From positions 32,001 to 96,000 of IMG/VR virus record IMGVR_UViG_3300021387_001585: a DNA stretch of 64,000 nucleotides; one strand, 5' to 3'. Made by a program: the position numbers and the translations under genes. The first letter of the stretch is position 1. Each line of letters begins with the position of its first letter. The notes under the pieces are model-generated. The model searched no databases. It was not told the origin of the DNA and worked only from the letters and a program-made list of their open reading frames with translations. This document shows, piece by piece, positions 27,592-36,423 of the stretch. The stretch is from a virus (lineage: Duplodnaviria; Caudoviricetes).

Positions 27592-27615
27592 TCGTTTGTC
27601 CTCCGATGATTATAG

Positions 27616-27804
27616 TTAAACTTCCTCGATTAGTTCGTATCCATGATTGAAACACCACTGCAACGCACGCTCAAAGCTGCGTGCCTTCAGCGTCTCGATA
27701 GGTGCCCAAAGCCCCTTGCTCGTGTCGACAACACGAAATCTCTTCATAGGCTGCACGTTCACAGGCTGCACGATAGTAGCCTTCAGTTTTATACAATTCT
27801 CCAT
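27616..27804 (-). CDS. small hypothetical protein
   Basis: ORF track. Confidence 0.6.
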   Translation of the reverse strand: MENCIKLKATIVQPVNVQPMKRFRVVDTSKGLWAPIETLKARSFERALQWCFNHGYELIEEV

Positions 27805-27831
27805 AGTCCTGTCCTCCAGATTTTTCTTAGC

Positions 27832-27899
27832 AGGAGAGCACGGTCTCGAACCGCATAGACACCCGTCTGGGTATCCATAGTCCAGCTATATGCTCTCCT
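27832..27899 (-). ncRNA. tRNA-like element 1
   Basis: Acceptor-like GGAGAGC/GCUCUCC; T-arm GCGG-UUCGAGA-CCGU; central stem AUACCC-AGAC-GGGUGU with a 4-nt loop and no canonical anticodon. Confidence 0.55.
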
Positions 27900-28634
27900 T
27901 ATCCGTCACGCTGATAGTTCATACTCGATGTTACGGCTGACAATGTCGTGGGGAAGATAGTGGCAATCGTGCAGGGGCACAATCATGAGCCCCCGCACGA
28001 TGTACGCGGTAGGCTGCTTACTTCTTCACAGTAGCCTTCACGCAGATAGCCTGACCCTCCAGTTCCTCGTCCGCGAACGTGTCACGGATAGGAGCATCGG
28101 GCACAATCTTTGCTGTCAACATAGTCTTGCCGATGTTAGCGTTAAACAGATAGTATCATTCGTATCCTGACGACATAGGGCGCAGCCCGCCACCTACTGC
28201 ATTATTCGCGATAGTTCCCTACGTTCGCCACATTGAGAGTAGTTCGCACTGCGGATAGCCCAGCCACCCAGCTATATTGTCGCTGCCACACTCTTGATAG
28301 TGCTTTGTTTCCTTACAGTACGCGATAGTTCTGTTCAATCCAAATGACGCCACCGCCAGAGGCATACGTGCATACGGCGATTATGTCCTGTCACGCATAG
28401 GATCTCTCTTGCCGACGCCATCCACCACTCGCACTCATGTCCTCACGGATAGAGCCTTTGTGGAGTTTACTGTCATAGTCTGTCTATCCCATAGCATCTC
28501 CAGTCTGCACACTTGCATTCTGAAACCAAATTATTCTCAATAGCTGACCAAGGTATTACTTTTGCACAGCAGAAATAGTAGGGTGCATTCTCGTCCCTTG
28601 GCCTGTCTATCTCCACGAATAATAAAACTCACTG

Positions 28635-28724
28635 TGCCCACAATGGGAGTCGAACCCAAAGGGTGATGCAGCCCGCCACCTACTGCGTTATTCGCGATAG
28701 TTCACCCTGCCACGTTATTGGGGC
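28635..28724 (-). ncRNA. tRNA-like element 2
   Basis: GCCCCAAU/AUUGUGGGC closing stem; T-arm GGG-UUCGACU-CCC; extended central arm AGGGUGA...UCACCCU. Confidence 0.5.
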
Positions 28725-28734
28725 TACCTTTGCG

Positions 28735-29022
28735 TCAAATTCCCATGTGCTTATAGCACACGGTTATATGACTGTTTGAGAAACGCTTTGTCCTCATAGA
28801 CGGACGAACTCCATGCCCGATAGCGGTGCTCGGCTTTTTAGGCCCACGCTTGGTCTTGCAGTCACGCACGACCTTATAGCGCTTGGTCTCCATGATACGG
28901 AAGTACGCCTCACGCGATGCTTTCTCGCGATGATAGGTGCGCAACATCTCCCGCATAGCTTCTGCTTGCTTAGCACTCTCAATAACAGCACACTGACGCT
29001 CGTAATAGATATTCTTTTCCAT
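28735..29022 (-). CDS. basic hypothetical protein
   Basis: ORF track. Confidence 0.6.
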   Translation of the reverse strand: MEKNIYYERQCAVIESAKQAEAMREMLRTYHREKASREAYFRIMETKRYKVVRDCKTKRGPKKPSTAIGHGVRPSMRTKRFSNSHITVCYKHMGI

Positions 29023-29083
29023 TTTGTTTGCTTGTGTTTAGTTGATTGTCTTTCTTTCTCGCATAGAGTGTTCTCCCCCGATA

Positions 29084-29150
29084 GTCCCCAAGGTGGGTGT
29101 CGAACCCACCTGGTGCGTGTTTACACCTTTCCCGGAATTTCACTTGGGGC
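29084..29150 (-). ncRNA. tRNA-like element 3
   Basis: CCCCAAG/CUUGGGG acceptor-like stem; T-arm GUGGG-UUCGACA-CCCAC. Confidence 0.55.
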
Positions 29151-29160
29151 GCCCGATAGA

Positions 29161-29808
29161 CTACTCGTTCACGTCGTCGATGCGAACTGCAACCTTTACG
29201 AGCTTTCCGTCACGATTCTGAACGATGTAGAGACCTTGCTTCTTCAGCTCCTCGAATGCCTCCTTAGACTTCTTGGCGCGTTCCTGCTGGTCGGCAATAG
29301 AACGGCTCTGTTCGAGTATCTTCACCAATAGGCGAGGACCCCACCCGAACTCGTTCACCATGACCTTGCGATAGAGCTTGACCGTCTGTGCGCTCTCGCC
29401 CTTCACTTTCTTGTCGGCCTCCTCGCTCGTATAGAGCGATTCGTCCTTAACACCCGTAGCATCGTTACCGACAGTCACCTTGACAACGCGGTCTACATAG
29501 ACATAGTTGCCTACGACCTTGCCGTCAGTTCCGATAATCTTCAGGTCGGCATCGGTAGCATCGTTGTACATCTTGGGCGTATAGCCCAGGCATGCGCCCT
29601 TAGATGTCACCTTGGGCTCCAGTCCTAACTTGGATAGCTGCTCACGCTTGGTCACGTCATAGACCGTGACCTTGCCGTCCTTGTCCTTCGACTGCAGCTG
29701 ATAGCCACATTCGTGCGATAAGGCTTTCAGTTGTGCTGCCTTAGTGCATGAACTGTTTACAACTGCATTGTTCAGTCTCTTCTCGTTTGCTTTTTCTTGC
29801 TTAGTCAT
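29161..29808 (-). CDS. hypothetical protein, first gene of the early run
   Basis: 215-aa ORF downstream of the promoter motif at about 30197-30204. Confidence 0.75.
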   Translation of the reverse strand: MTKQEKANEKRLNNAVVNSSCTKAAQLKALSHECGYQLQSKDKDGKVTVYDVTKREQLSKLGLEPKVTSKGACLGYTPKMYNDATDADLKIIGTDGKVVGNYVYVDRVVKVTVGNDATGVKDESLYTSEEADKKVKGESAQTVKLYRKVMVNEFGWGPRLLVKILEQSRSIADQQERAKKSKEAFEELKKQGLYIVQNRDGKLVKVAVRIDDVNE

Positions 29809-29848
29809 AATTGTAAATTTTTAAGTTATGTTCTGCAATATTGCATTG

Positions 29849-29933
29849 TGGAGGAGTAGGGATTCGAACCCTATAATACACCCGTCCACACTTCATCGAG
29901 ATAGATAGACAGACTCCTTGCATCGCTACTCCC
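29849..29933 (-). ncRNA. tRNA-like element 4 (ends in CCA)
   Basis: GGGAGUA...UAGGG-UUCGAAU-CCCUA-CUCCUCCA. Confidence 0.5.
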
Positions 29934-30194
29934 GTTTTAGGGTTGGTGCCAACTATTGCAGTAGCGAATCCGCAGGCACAAGCGTCCTTTCATACCTTGC
30001 CAGTCGGGTATGGGCATTTTTCATAGCGCAAACACAATATGGGCTTTTGCGAGTTTCCTTGCGTACGTTTGCGAGCTTCTGAAAGTTTCCGCAAACTTTG
30101 CGCTAAATGTACCTAAACATTTCAAAGGTCGATGTTTCCGTTTCCGTTCTTGTTTCCGTTTCCGTTTGTCAGTCCGTTGTTTCGTTCTGACGTT

Positions 30195-30235
30195 TGCAAA
30201 GATACTACTTTTTTTGTTTTTCTCCAAACTTTTTT
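30195..30235 (-). promoter_or_regulatory. Bacteroidetes sigma-A promoter (-7 TATCTTTG with upstream TTTG) for the leftward early operon
   Basis: The minus strand reads TTTG-N19-TATCTTTGCA. The same -7 motif occurs at about 3122, 4967, 31168, 34171, 37925, 41617 and 59494. Confidence 0.7.
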
Positions 30236-30625
30236 CAAACTTTTTTCGTTTTTCCTCAAACTTTTTTATTTTCACTTGAAATTTCTAAATAATGTTCGCG
30301 TATGTGCGTACCTTATTCAAAATCGAATGTGCTGCCTTTCTTTTGCCGTTCTTTTCTCGTACCTTTGTACTCGCATATTTGCAGAAACGCCAGAAACGCC
30401 CGCACCCACCCCACGATCCAGCGAGGCGCGGGGTCTTTTTCGCATAATGAAATCAAAAAAAAAGGAATTGGGTTGTTGAATGATGTTTAATATGACGAAC
30501 AACCATATAAAACAACGGCAGGATTTCCGCTTTGGAAACCCTGCCACAATCAAACAAAAAGGATATAAATTAAAGGTATTTTATACTTTTTATGAAATAT
30601 AATCGAACAAAAAGAACATTCTTAT

Positions 30626-31135
30626 TTATTCACACTCGGGCACTACTTCGTAAGAAGAAAGTACGCCCGCGACGGATAATAGCTCAGCGTTGATGCGGTC
30701 AACGTCTGCCTGCGATACATTCCCATATACAGGAGAAGACTTGACAGAAAGCACCATGTCGCGCTTCCCCTTATTCCATCCTAACACTCTCTGGGCAAAA
30801 TCTTTCATATTGAAATAGTTAGCTATCTTGTCAATAGCCACCATCGTACCTGGATCATAGGTGATACCGCGCTGATTGGTAAACGTCCTGTCGCTTCCAA
30901 AAGTAATCACACCATCACGCAACTCATTGGCTATCTGATGAATAGCCAAGTTCAGTTTTTCAATATTCGCCTTAGAGAACTTCAGCGGTTTGCCGTGGCG
31001 GTTCAGCGCATGACGGAAGCTACCGCCCACGATGCTCTCGCTCACCCCCATCATTCTCGCTATCGACACTGTGGTAATGTTGTGTTCCTGCAAATACTTA
31101 TACAGAAAGTCTTGCGATACTTTGATTTTTTCCAT
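30626..31135 (-). CDS. putative HTH DNA-binding regulator
   Basis: HNITTVSIARMMGVSESIV is HTH-like. Start at MEKIKV, downstream of a promoter motif. Confidence 0.6.
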   Translation of the reverse strand: MEKIKVSQDFLYKYLQEHNITTVSIARMMGVSESIVGGSFRHALNRHGKPLKFSKANIEKLNLAIHQIANELRDGVITFGSDRTFTNQRGITYDPGTMVAIDKIANYFNMKDFAQRVLGWNKGKRDMVLSVKSSPVYGNVSQADVDRINAELLSVAGVLSSYEVVPECE

Positions 31136-31241
31136 ATCGTTGTAGCATTTAATATTACTTTTCGGCTGCAAAGATAATTGTTTTTCTGCAAACCTCCAAA
31201 TCTTTCCGCAACTTTTTTCAAAAATTGTTTTGTGACAAGAA

Positions 31242-31370
31242 AATAAGTTGGGCAAGAAGTTATCACAAGTTGGGCAAGAAGTTGACACAAGTTGGGAAAG
31301 AAAGCAGCATAACTATCAGCATAACTACCAGCATAACTACCAGCATAGCTATCAGCATAACTATCAGCAT
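31242..31370. repeat. two adjacent tandem repeats: about 3 x 22 nt (AAGTTGGGCAAGAAGTT...) and about 5.5 x 12 nt (CAGCATAACTAY)
   Basis: Read directly at 31242-31304 and 31305-31370. Confidence 0.9.
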
Positions 31371-31452
31371 AGGAAACGGCCCACGGCAGGTCGATGCTGT
31401 CGTGGGCCGTTAAGTCCCCTTCCCTTCAGGGGGGTGGGATAGTTAATGCGTG

Positions 31453-31926
31453 TTAAATATTCTTTCCTAAATCGCGCTTTTTGTCCGCAGCCCTCCCTAC
31501 GGGGGATGGTTTGGGTGGGGCTTCGCGCCAGAATCCTTTCTGGTTCTTCTGATACTTCAGTTCCTTGCGCTTGCGGATGATGGGGTCGTCGGGGTGTCGC
31601 TCGAAGCTGCGGCGCGAGGGGTCGAAGATGCCGGCTTCCACTTCGCGTCGGAGGTTGCGCGTGGGTGCAAACTTCAGACGCTTGGTGGGGGCCACGGTGC
31701 GGATCTCGTCGCGTCCGCCGTAGGTGTAGTGGTACTGGCGTTCGGGGATGTCGACGACGGCGAAGGTTCCGAAGCTCTCGATGGGCACGCAGAGGCAGCC
31801 CTCGGTGAGCTGGTGCCGGATCTCGTCGAACACGGCGGGCAGCACCTGTTCTACGGTGGCGCGGCAGATGCCGCTGCGCTTCACGACTGCGCTGATGAAA
31901 TGGGATTTGTATTCGTGGGGACGCAT
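31453..31926 (-). CDS. HU/IHF-like DNA-binding protein
   Basis: VPIESFGTFAVVDIPER...PTKRLKFAPTRNLRREV matches the HU pattern GFGtF...r....vkFkp...Lk. Confidence 0.8.
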   Translation of the reverse strand: MRPHEYKSHFISAVVKRSGICRATVEQVLPAVFDEIRHQLTEGCLCVPIESFGTFAVVDIPERQYHYTYGGRDEIRTVAPTKRLKFAPTRNLRREVEAGIFDPSRRSFERHPDDPIIRKRKELKYQKNQKGFWREAPPKPSPVGRAADKKRDLGKNI

Positions 31927-31960
31927 AAACTACTTAGTTTCAAGTTTCAAGTTTCAAGTT

Positions 31961-32230
31961 TCAAGTTTCAAGTGAATGAGAATTAGAATCAGCGAGGCGG
32001 TTAAGGCTGCTATCAATTCCACTTATGTAATTTTCTATCCCTATATCGCTGAGTATTGGATCGTTGTATCCGTCAATCTTTGACGGGTCCGTAGTCTCCA
32101 CTTCATCCAGCAAGTCCAATGCGTCTCTCACAACGTCGTGAGGATAGAACTCGTCCTTTTCACTGTTATGGTACTTGCCGCTACCAGCGAGTGCGAGCAC
32201 GGCCTTGAAGAAAAATTCTCTATAAGTCAT
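31961..32230 (-). CDS. hypothetical protein
   Basis: Start MTYREFF at 32230, within a longer track ORF. Confidence 0.55.
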   Translation of the reverse strand: MTYREFFFKAVLALAGSGKYHNSEKDEFYPHDVVRDALDLLDEVETTDPSKIDGYNDPILSDIGIENYISGIDSSLNRLADSNSHSLET

Positions 32231-32623
32231 AATTGTCTGTAGTTTAAAATGAATGAGTGGGGTGGGGTTTACTCCCTCCCTACTGGGGAGGGCCAGGGTG
32301 GGGCTTTTATATTCGCAGGGCGAAGTCGTTGGCCTGGAGGATGCAGCAGTCGCGCAGGCGGCGGGTCTGACCGGAGGCTGTGAACTGCACGAGGCGGGCA
32401 CCCTGGTCGGGATAGACGGCGATGGTGACACACTCCTCTCCCCGGATGCAGTCGCCGTTGCTGGCGGCCACATACCAGACGCGCCACGGGACGCGCTCGA
32501 GGACCTGAACGTATTTACCATTGACGGATTTACGATTTACTATTATACTCCGCTCGGCAACGCGCCGGAGTTCTGAGAGGGCGAGAGTCTTCAAATTGAA
32601 AATTGATAATTGAAAATTAATAA

Positions 32624-32998
32624 TTAAGGGTCGGGGTGGGGCTCTTTCAGTGCCGCGTCGATGCGGTCGCGGATGGGTTTGGCGACAAGGAAGATGTCGA
32701 GGTTGAAGGCCATGCAGCTCTCCACCTGTGCGCCGTGTGACTGTCGCCAGTCGGGCATCTTGTAGATGCGCTGACATCGGCTGAGCAGCCAGAGGTCGTA
32801 GAGCAGCGTGAGGCGATATCCTACGAGGCGATAGAGCCACGGGAATCGGCAGGCCCATACGCGTGTTGGGTTAACGATGCTGTGATATCCTTCTTCGCGC
32901 AGGATGCGCTCGCAGATGTCGAAGCGGCGTTTGTACTCCTGGCGGGTGAATCCGGTGATGGGACCTGAGATATAGACGCGGTTGTGGGAAGTCTTCAT
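32624..32998 (-). CDS. DUF4406-family protein
   Basis: RVYISGPITG...IVNP...LSRCQRIYKMPDWRQSHGAQVE. Confidence 0.8.
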   Translation of the reverse strand: MKTSHNRVYISGPITGFTRQEYKRRFDICERILREEGYHSIVNPTRVWACRFPWLYRLVGYRLTLLYDLWLLSRCQRIYKMPDWRQSHGAQVESCMAFNLDIFLVAKPIRDRIDAALKEPHPDP

Positions 32999-33093
32999 GT
33001 TAAAAAAATGGAGCCCCCTCCTACCCTCCCCGCAAGGGGGAGGAACACTAACAGGGCTGACGGGTGTTTCATAACAATTACGATTACTATTAC

Positions 33094-33792
33094 CTATGGG
33101 AGCCTCCAGAAGCGTCGGCGGCGGAAGATCCAGATGGAGGCCGAGGTAGCGAGGGCGGCAATCACGATGTTGGCGAACCAGAGGCGTGCCTTCTGCCAGA
33201 TATTGAGCTTTGCCGGTACGCTTTTTTCTATGATTGTCTTCTTCGACTGCATGAGTGAGTCGAAATGGCTGAACTGCTGTTGCATAATGTTGAGCGTTGA
33301 GTCCATGACTTCGAGTCGGTGAATGAGCACCTCGCGCTCGCGGCGGTCGTTCTGGCTGTTGCTCTCGCGCTCGGTACGGATGACGAGTGTTTCCTTGATG
33401 ACACGTCCGGCGGTATCGACGACAAAGGTGTGACTGGTGTCGTTGTGCTCGCGGATGCTCTGGAACTGGCTCATGATGAGTTCGTGCCAGGAGCTGTCCT
33501 GACGGATGACCTGACGTGTGTTGATGACGGAGTCCATGCGCTGCATGAGGTCGTGGATGCTGTGCTGATCTACGGATGTCACTTCCCGGTGTGTGGTGCA
33601 GCTGCCGAAGAGCAGACAAATCACAATGCCAATGGCGAAGGCAATGAGGGTGGTGACACATCCGTAGCATACGTTACGGATTCCCACCTCGAACAACTCT
33701 TCGGGTGAGAGTTTCTGCATTTCGTGCGACTGCCATTGTTGGTCAGTCTGCTGCATCTGCTGATTCAGGGGGTCCAGAGCATTGTAATACAT
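33094..33792 (-). CDS. lipoprotein with C-terminal TM helix (u-spanin-like topology)
   Basis: Hydrophobic stretch ending in the lipobox LFGSC, then a coiled coil, a C-terminal TM and RRRR. Confidence 0.55.
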   Translation of the reverse strand: MYYNALDPLNQQMQQTDQQWQSHEMQKLSPEELFEVGIRNVCYGCVTTLIAFAIGIVICLLFGSCTTHREVTSVDQHSIHDLMQRMDSVINTRQVIRQDSSWHELIMSQFQSIREHNDTSHTFVVDTAGRVIKETLVIRTERESNSQNDRREREVLIHRLEVMDSTLNIMQQQFSHFDSLMQSKKTIIEKSVPAKLNIWQKARLWFANIVIAALATSASIWIFRRRRFWRLP

Positions 33793-34816
33793 GTGCAGTA
33801 TTGGTTGGTTTACTCTGATAATTTACAGTTCAACACCCGAAGAAGCAAGGGCAAGGCGCTTCGCGCAGTTCAAAGTTCAAGGCCCTGCGGGCGTTCAAGG
33901 TTCAAAGTTCAAGGCACAAAAAAACGCCACCGACCAAAATGCTACAACGGTACGGTGGCGTCGCCAATGGCGGATTTTTCGATCTTTGATTATGAGTACA
34001 AAATTCGCCTCACGGCGTTTTTTTGTTTCGCGGCGCAGACACAGTTGGGTGGTTGGTGGTGAAGCATGCCCCCTACGTTTTATGTCCGGCAGAACTGCGC
34101 CGCGATTGTGGTCCCCTTCCATGCTTACCTCTGTAGGCAGAGGGGAATTATCGAACTACACTTGTGGGTGCAAAGGTAGTAAATTTGTTTGTAAGTCGCA
34201 AGTTTTCAGGGAGTTATCTGCTTTTTAAAAAAGAGCGTGGCGCCAGAAAAAACCGTTTATCAGACGTGAATCTTTTTGAAAGTTTTTTGTAAGTGCTTGA
34301 TTTTCAATTAGTTATCTTAAAAAATTGCGGTTATCTATAAATTTCTATTGTTAAAAAGCAGTTTAAAAAAAAGAAAGAATAACTATATAAATATATATAA
34401 TTAACTGATAATCAACCATTTATCTTATTTGTCATTCTTTATTTTATGTATTGTGGGTATAAGGGAGTGACGCGCACGTATGGTGAGATTTGCTTTGAGA
34501 GAAGTTTTCAGAAGAATGTGTTTTCAAAAAGTTTGTAGCCGAAAAGGCGGTTTTCAGATAATTGGGTACTAAAACCGCTTGTAACCTTTTGAGCATCAGC
34601 GCGTTACGTCTTAACCTGCGTTCGGATAATTATTTTTGTTGTAAAACGGCATAACTCATTGATAGTCAGCGTTAACCGTCAGTTATCCCCCACCTATCCG
34701 AAAGAGGCTTTTTGCGCTGAAAACGGTTAATTTTAGCTGTGCGAAAGAAAAGTTATTTTTCGTTTGGAGAAGTCGCGGAAAATGACTATCTTTGTCGGGC
34801 GAAAGGTTTGTTAGTT

Positions 34817-35494
34817 ATGTCTGAGAGATACTACAAGTTGCCGGCTATCGTTTGGCTGAAGATGACCGATTACACGCACGGTTGGCTTCAACACGAATTA
34901 GGGGGTGGTGCAAGAATCAAGGAGCAGCGGGTGGTGTGTGTGCAGCACCTTCCCGGTGCGCGGGAAATCCTGCGCATGGAAACCGTTGAAGACATGATGG
35001 AACGCAGGCCGCTAGGCAATGCGCTGTCGGCCACGCGAAAGAACTGCATGGAGGCTGGGCTGGAGATAGACCCGTCAACCATGGAGAAGGAGTATGGTGT
35101 GACGCGCGAGCAGTTGGCGCTGTTTGTGCCAGTGGAGTGTCCGAAGATGTGCCTGACGAGGCGCGGCGTGCTGCGTCCCTGGACGCTCGATGTTTGTTTT
35201 GGGAAGGCACAGGCTACATCATTACAGCGACTTCTCAGGAACGAATTTTGGAAAGCCGTTGAGGAGTTTGACAGGGAGTATGCCCAGATGATGAACGGGG
35301 AAAAGTATCCTGCCATAGACATGATTGAGGAGTTCTGCTTGAAGACAGAAACACCTGACCTGTACGTGGAAGCCATACGCAGGGAGTGGCAGCGGCGGGT
35401 GAAGAGAGGAGCCCCACCCCAGCCCTCCCCAAAGGGGGAGGAAGTAAGCCCCACCCCGACCCTCCCCAGTAGGGAGGGAGGCCAGCCTCGGTGA
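34817..35494 (+). CDS. hypothetical protein
   Basis: Start MSERYY after a TATCTTTG motif at about 34787. The C-terminus runs into two palindromic repeats. Confidence 0.7.
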   Translation: MSERYYKLPAIVWLKMTDYTHGWLQHELGGGARIKEQRVVCVQHLPGAREILRMETVEDMMERRPLGNALSATRKNCMEAGLEIDPSTMEKEYGVTREQLALFVPVECPKMCLTRRGVLRPWTLDVCFGKAQATSLQRLLRNEFWKAVEEFDREYAQMMNGEKYPAIDMIEEFCLKTETPDLYVEAIRREWQRRVKRGAPPQPSPKGEEVSPTPTLPSREGGQPR

Positions 35495-35545
35495 CATCTC
35501 CGCTCGGCTCTGCTGCTTTCGTAGCAAAGCGGAGAAAGAACTTAA

Positions 35546-36412
35546 CTACGCTCGCAGGCTTGGTCCGGAGTAGATGGCGGTGGTTGTCATGGCACGGAGG
35601 CGGTCGAGGACTTCGGCGCCGTAGCGTTCCTGGATGGAGAGGGGGTAGAGATGTCGGTCGGCCGCAGGAACGGGCGACGTGCTCAGGTTCGTGTTGATGA
35701 TGAGTAGCGGTCCACCTTTTACCGATGCCTCGCAAAGTTCGAAGAACGTGTTGTCGACGTCGCCAAAGTGTTTGCGCGGTTCCTTGCCAAGGTCGTCGAT
35801 GACGACGCAACAGGCACGTCGCAGCTCGTCGATGCGTGAGCGCATGTCCTGTGCGCTGACCACGGGTATTTTGTCTCGGTTCTTTCCTCCGATGATAGCT
35901 GGCAGCACCTCCGTGCAGATGATAGACTTTCCGATGCCGGGCGTGCCGACGAAGAGCAGTCCCCTACCCTCGTTGCCTGAGAGCCATGATGCAATTTTAT
36001 CGTAGGGCGGCAGCCACTGGTAGGAGTTGCCGACGACGCGGCGCAGCTCTTCCTCCATGAGTCTGCGAGCATCGGGGATGTTCAGCTGCAGGCGCGTTGG
36101 TGACACGCTGCTGGTAAGGAATCCTTCTGGTTGACTCGTGGCGGATTTAGCGACGCGATAGCCGAGTCTTGTATTTGGCCCGAAGACGGTCCGCACGGCC
36201 CATGACAATTGCCGGATTAAATAATGTTCCATGAACTCATAGATGTAGGAACTAGGCACCTGCAGTATCAGCATGTTCTTGCCTTCTTCGTAGTTATAGA
36301 CAGTGACTGGCGCAAGCCATGTGTTGTAGACCCAGTCGGCATCCTGACTCTTGATATTCTCCCTGATGAGCTGGCGACAGTGCTCCCAGCGTTGAAACAG
36401 ATTGTTTTCCAT
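35546..36412 (-). CDS. DnaA domain I fused to a DnaC/IstB-like AAA+ ATPase (helicase-loader-like)
   Basis: N-terminus W..C...IRENI...YNTWLAPV...LILQVPSSYIYEFMEHYL matches Bacteroidetes DnaA_N. Walker A GTPGIGKS, Walker B VIDDLGKE, then NTNL and RYG..VLDRL. Confidence 0.8.
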   Translation of the reverse strand: MENNLFQRWEHCRQLIRENIKSQDADWVYNTWLAPVTVYNYEEGKNMLILQVPSSYIYEFMEHYLIRQLSWAVRTVFGPNTRLGYRVAKSATSQPEGFLTSSVSPTRLQLNIPDARRLMEEELRRVVGNSYQWLPPYDKIASWLSGNEGRGLLFVGTPGIGKSIICTEVLPAIIGGKNRDKIPVVSAQDMRSRIDELRRACCVVIDDLGKEPRKHFGDVDNTFFELCEASVKGGPLLIINTNLSTSPVPAADRHLYPLSIQERYGAEVLDRLRAMTTTAIYSGPSLRA

Positions 36413-36423
36413 TCCAATAATGA

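Noticed and set aside
27832-29933. Canonical tRNA genes
   Set aside because: D arms and 7-nt anticodon loops are missing, so these are reported as tRNA-like ncRNAs.
30010-30553. ORFs in the AT-rich stretch upstream of the early operon
   Set aside because: Low-complexity F/K-rich translations overlapping promoter motifs; more likely regulatory DNA.
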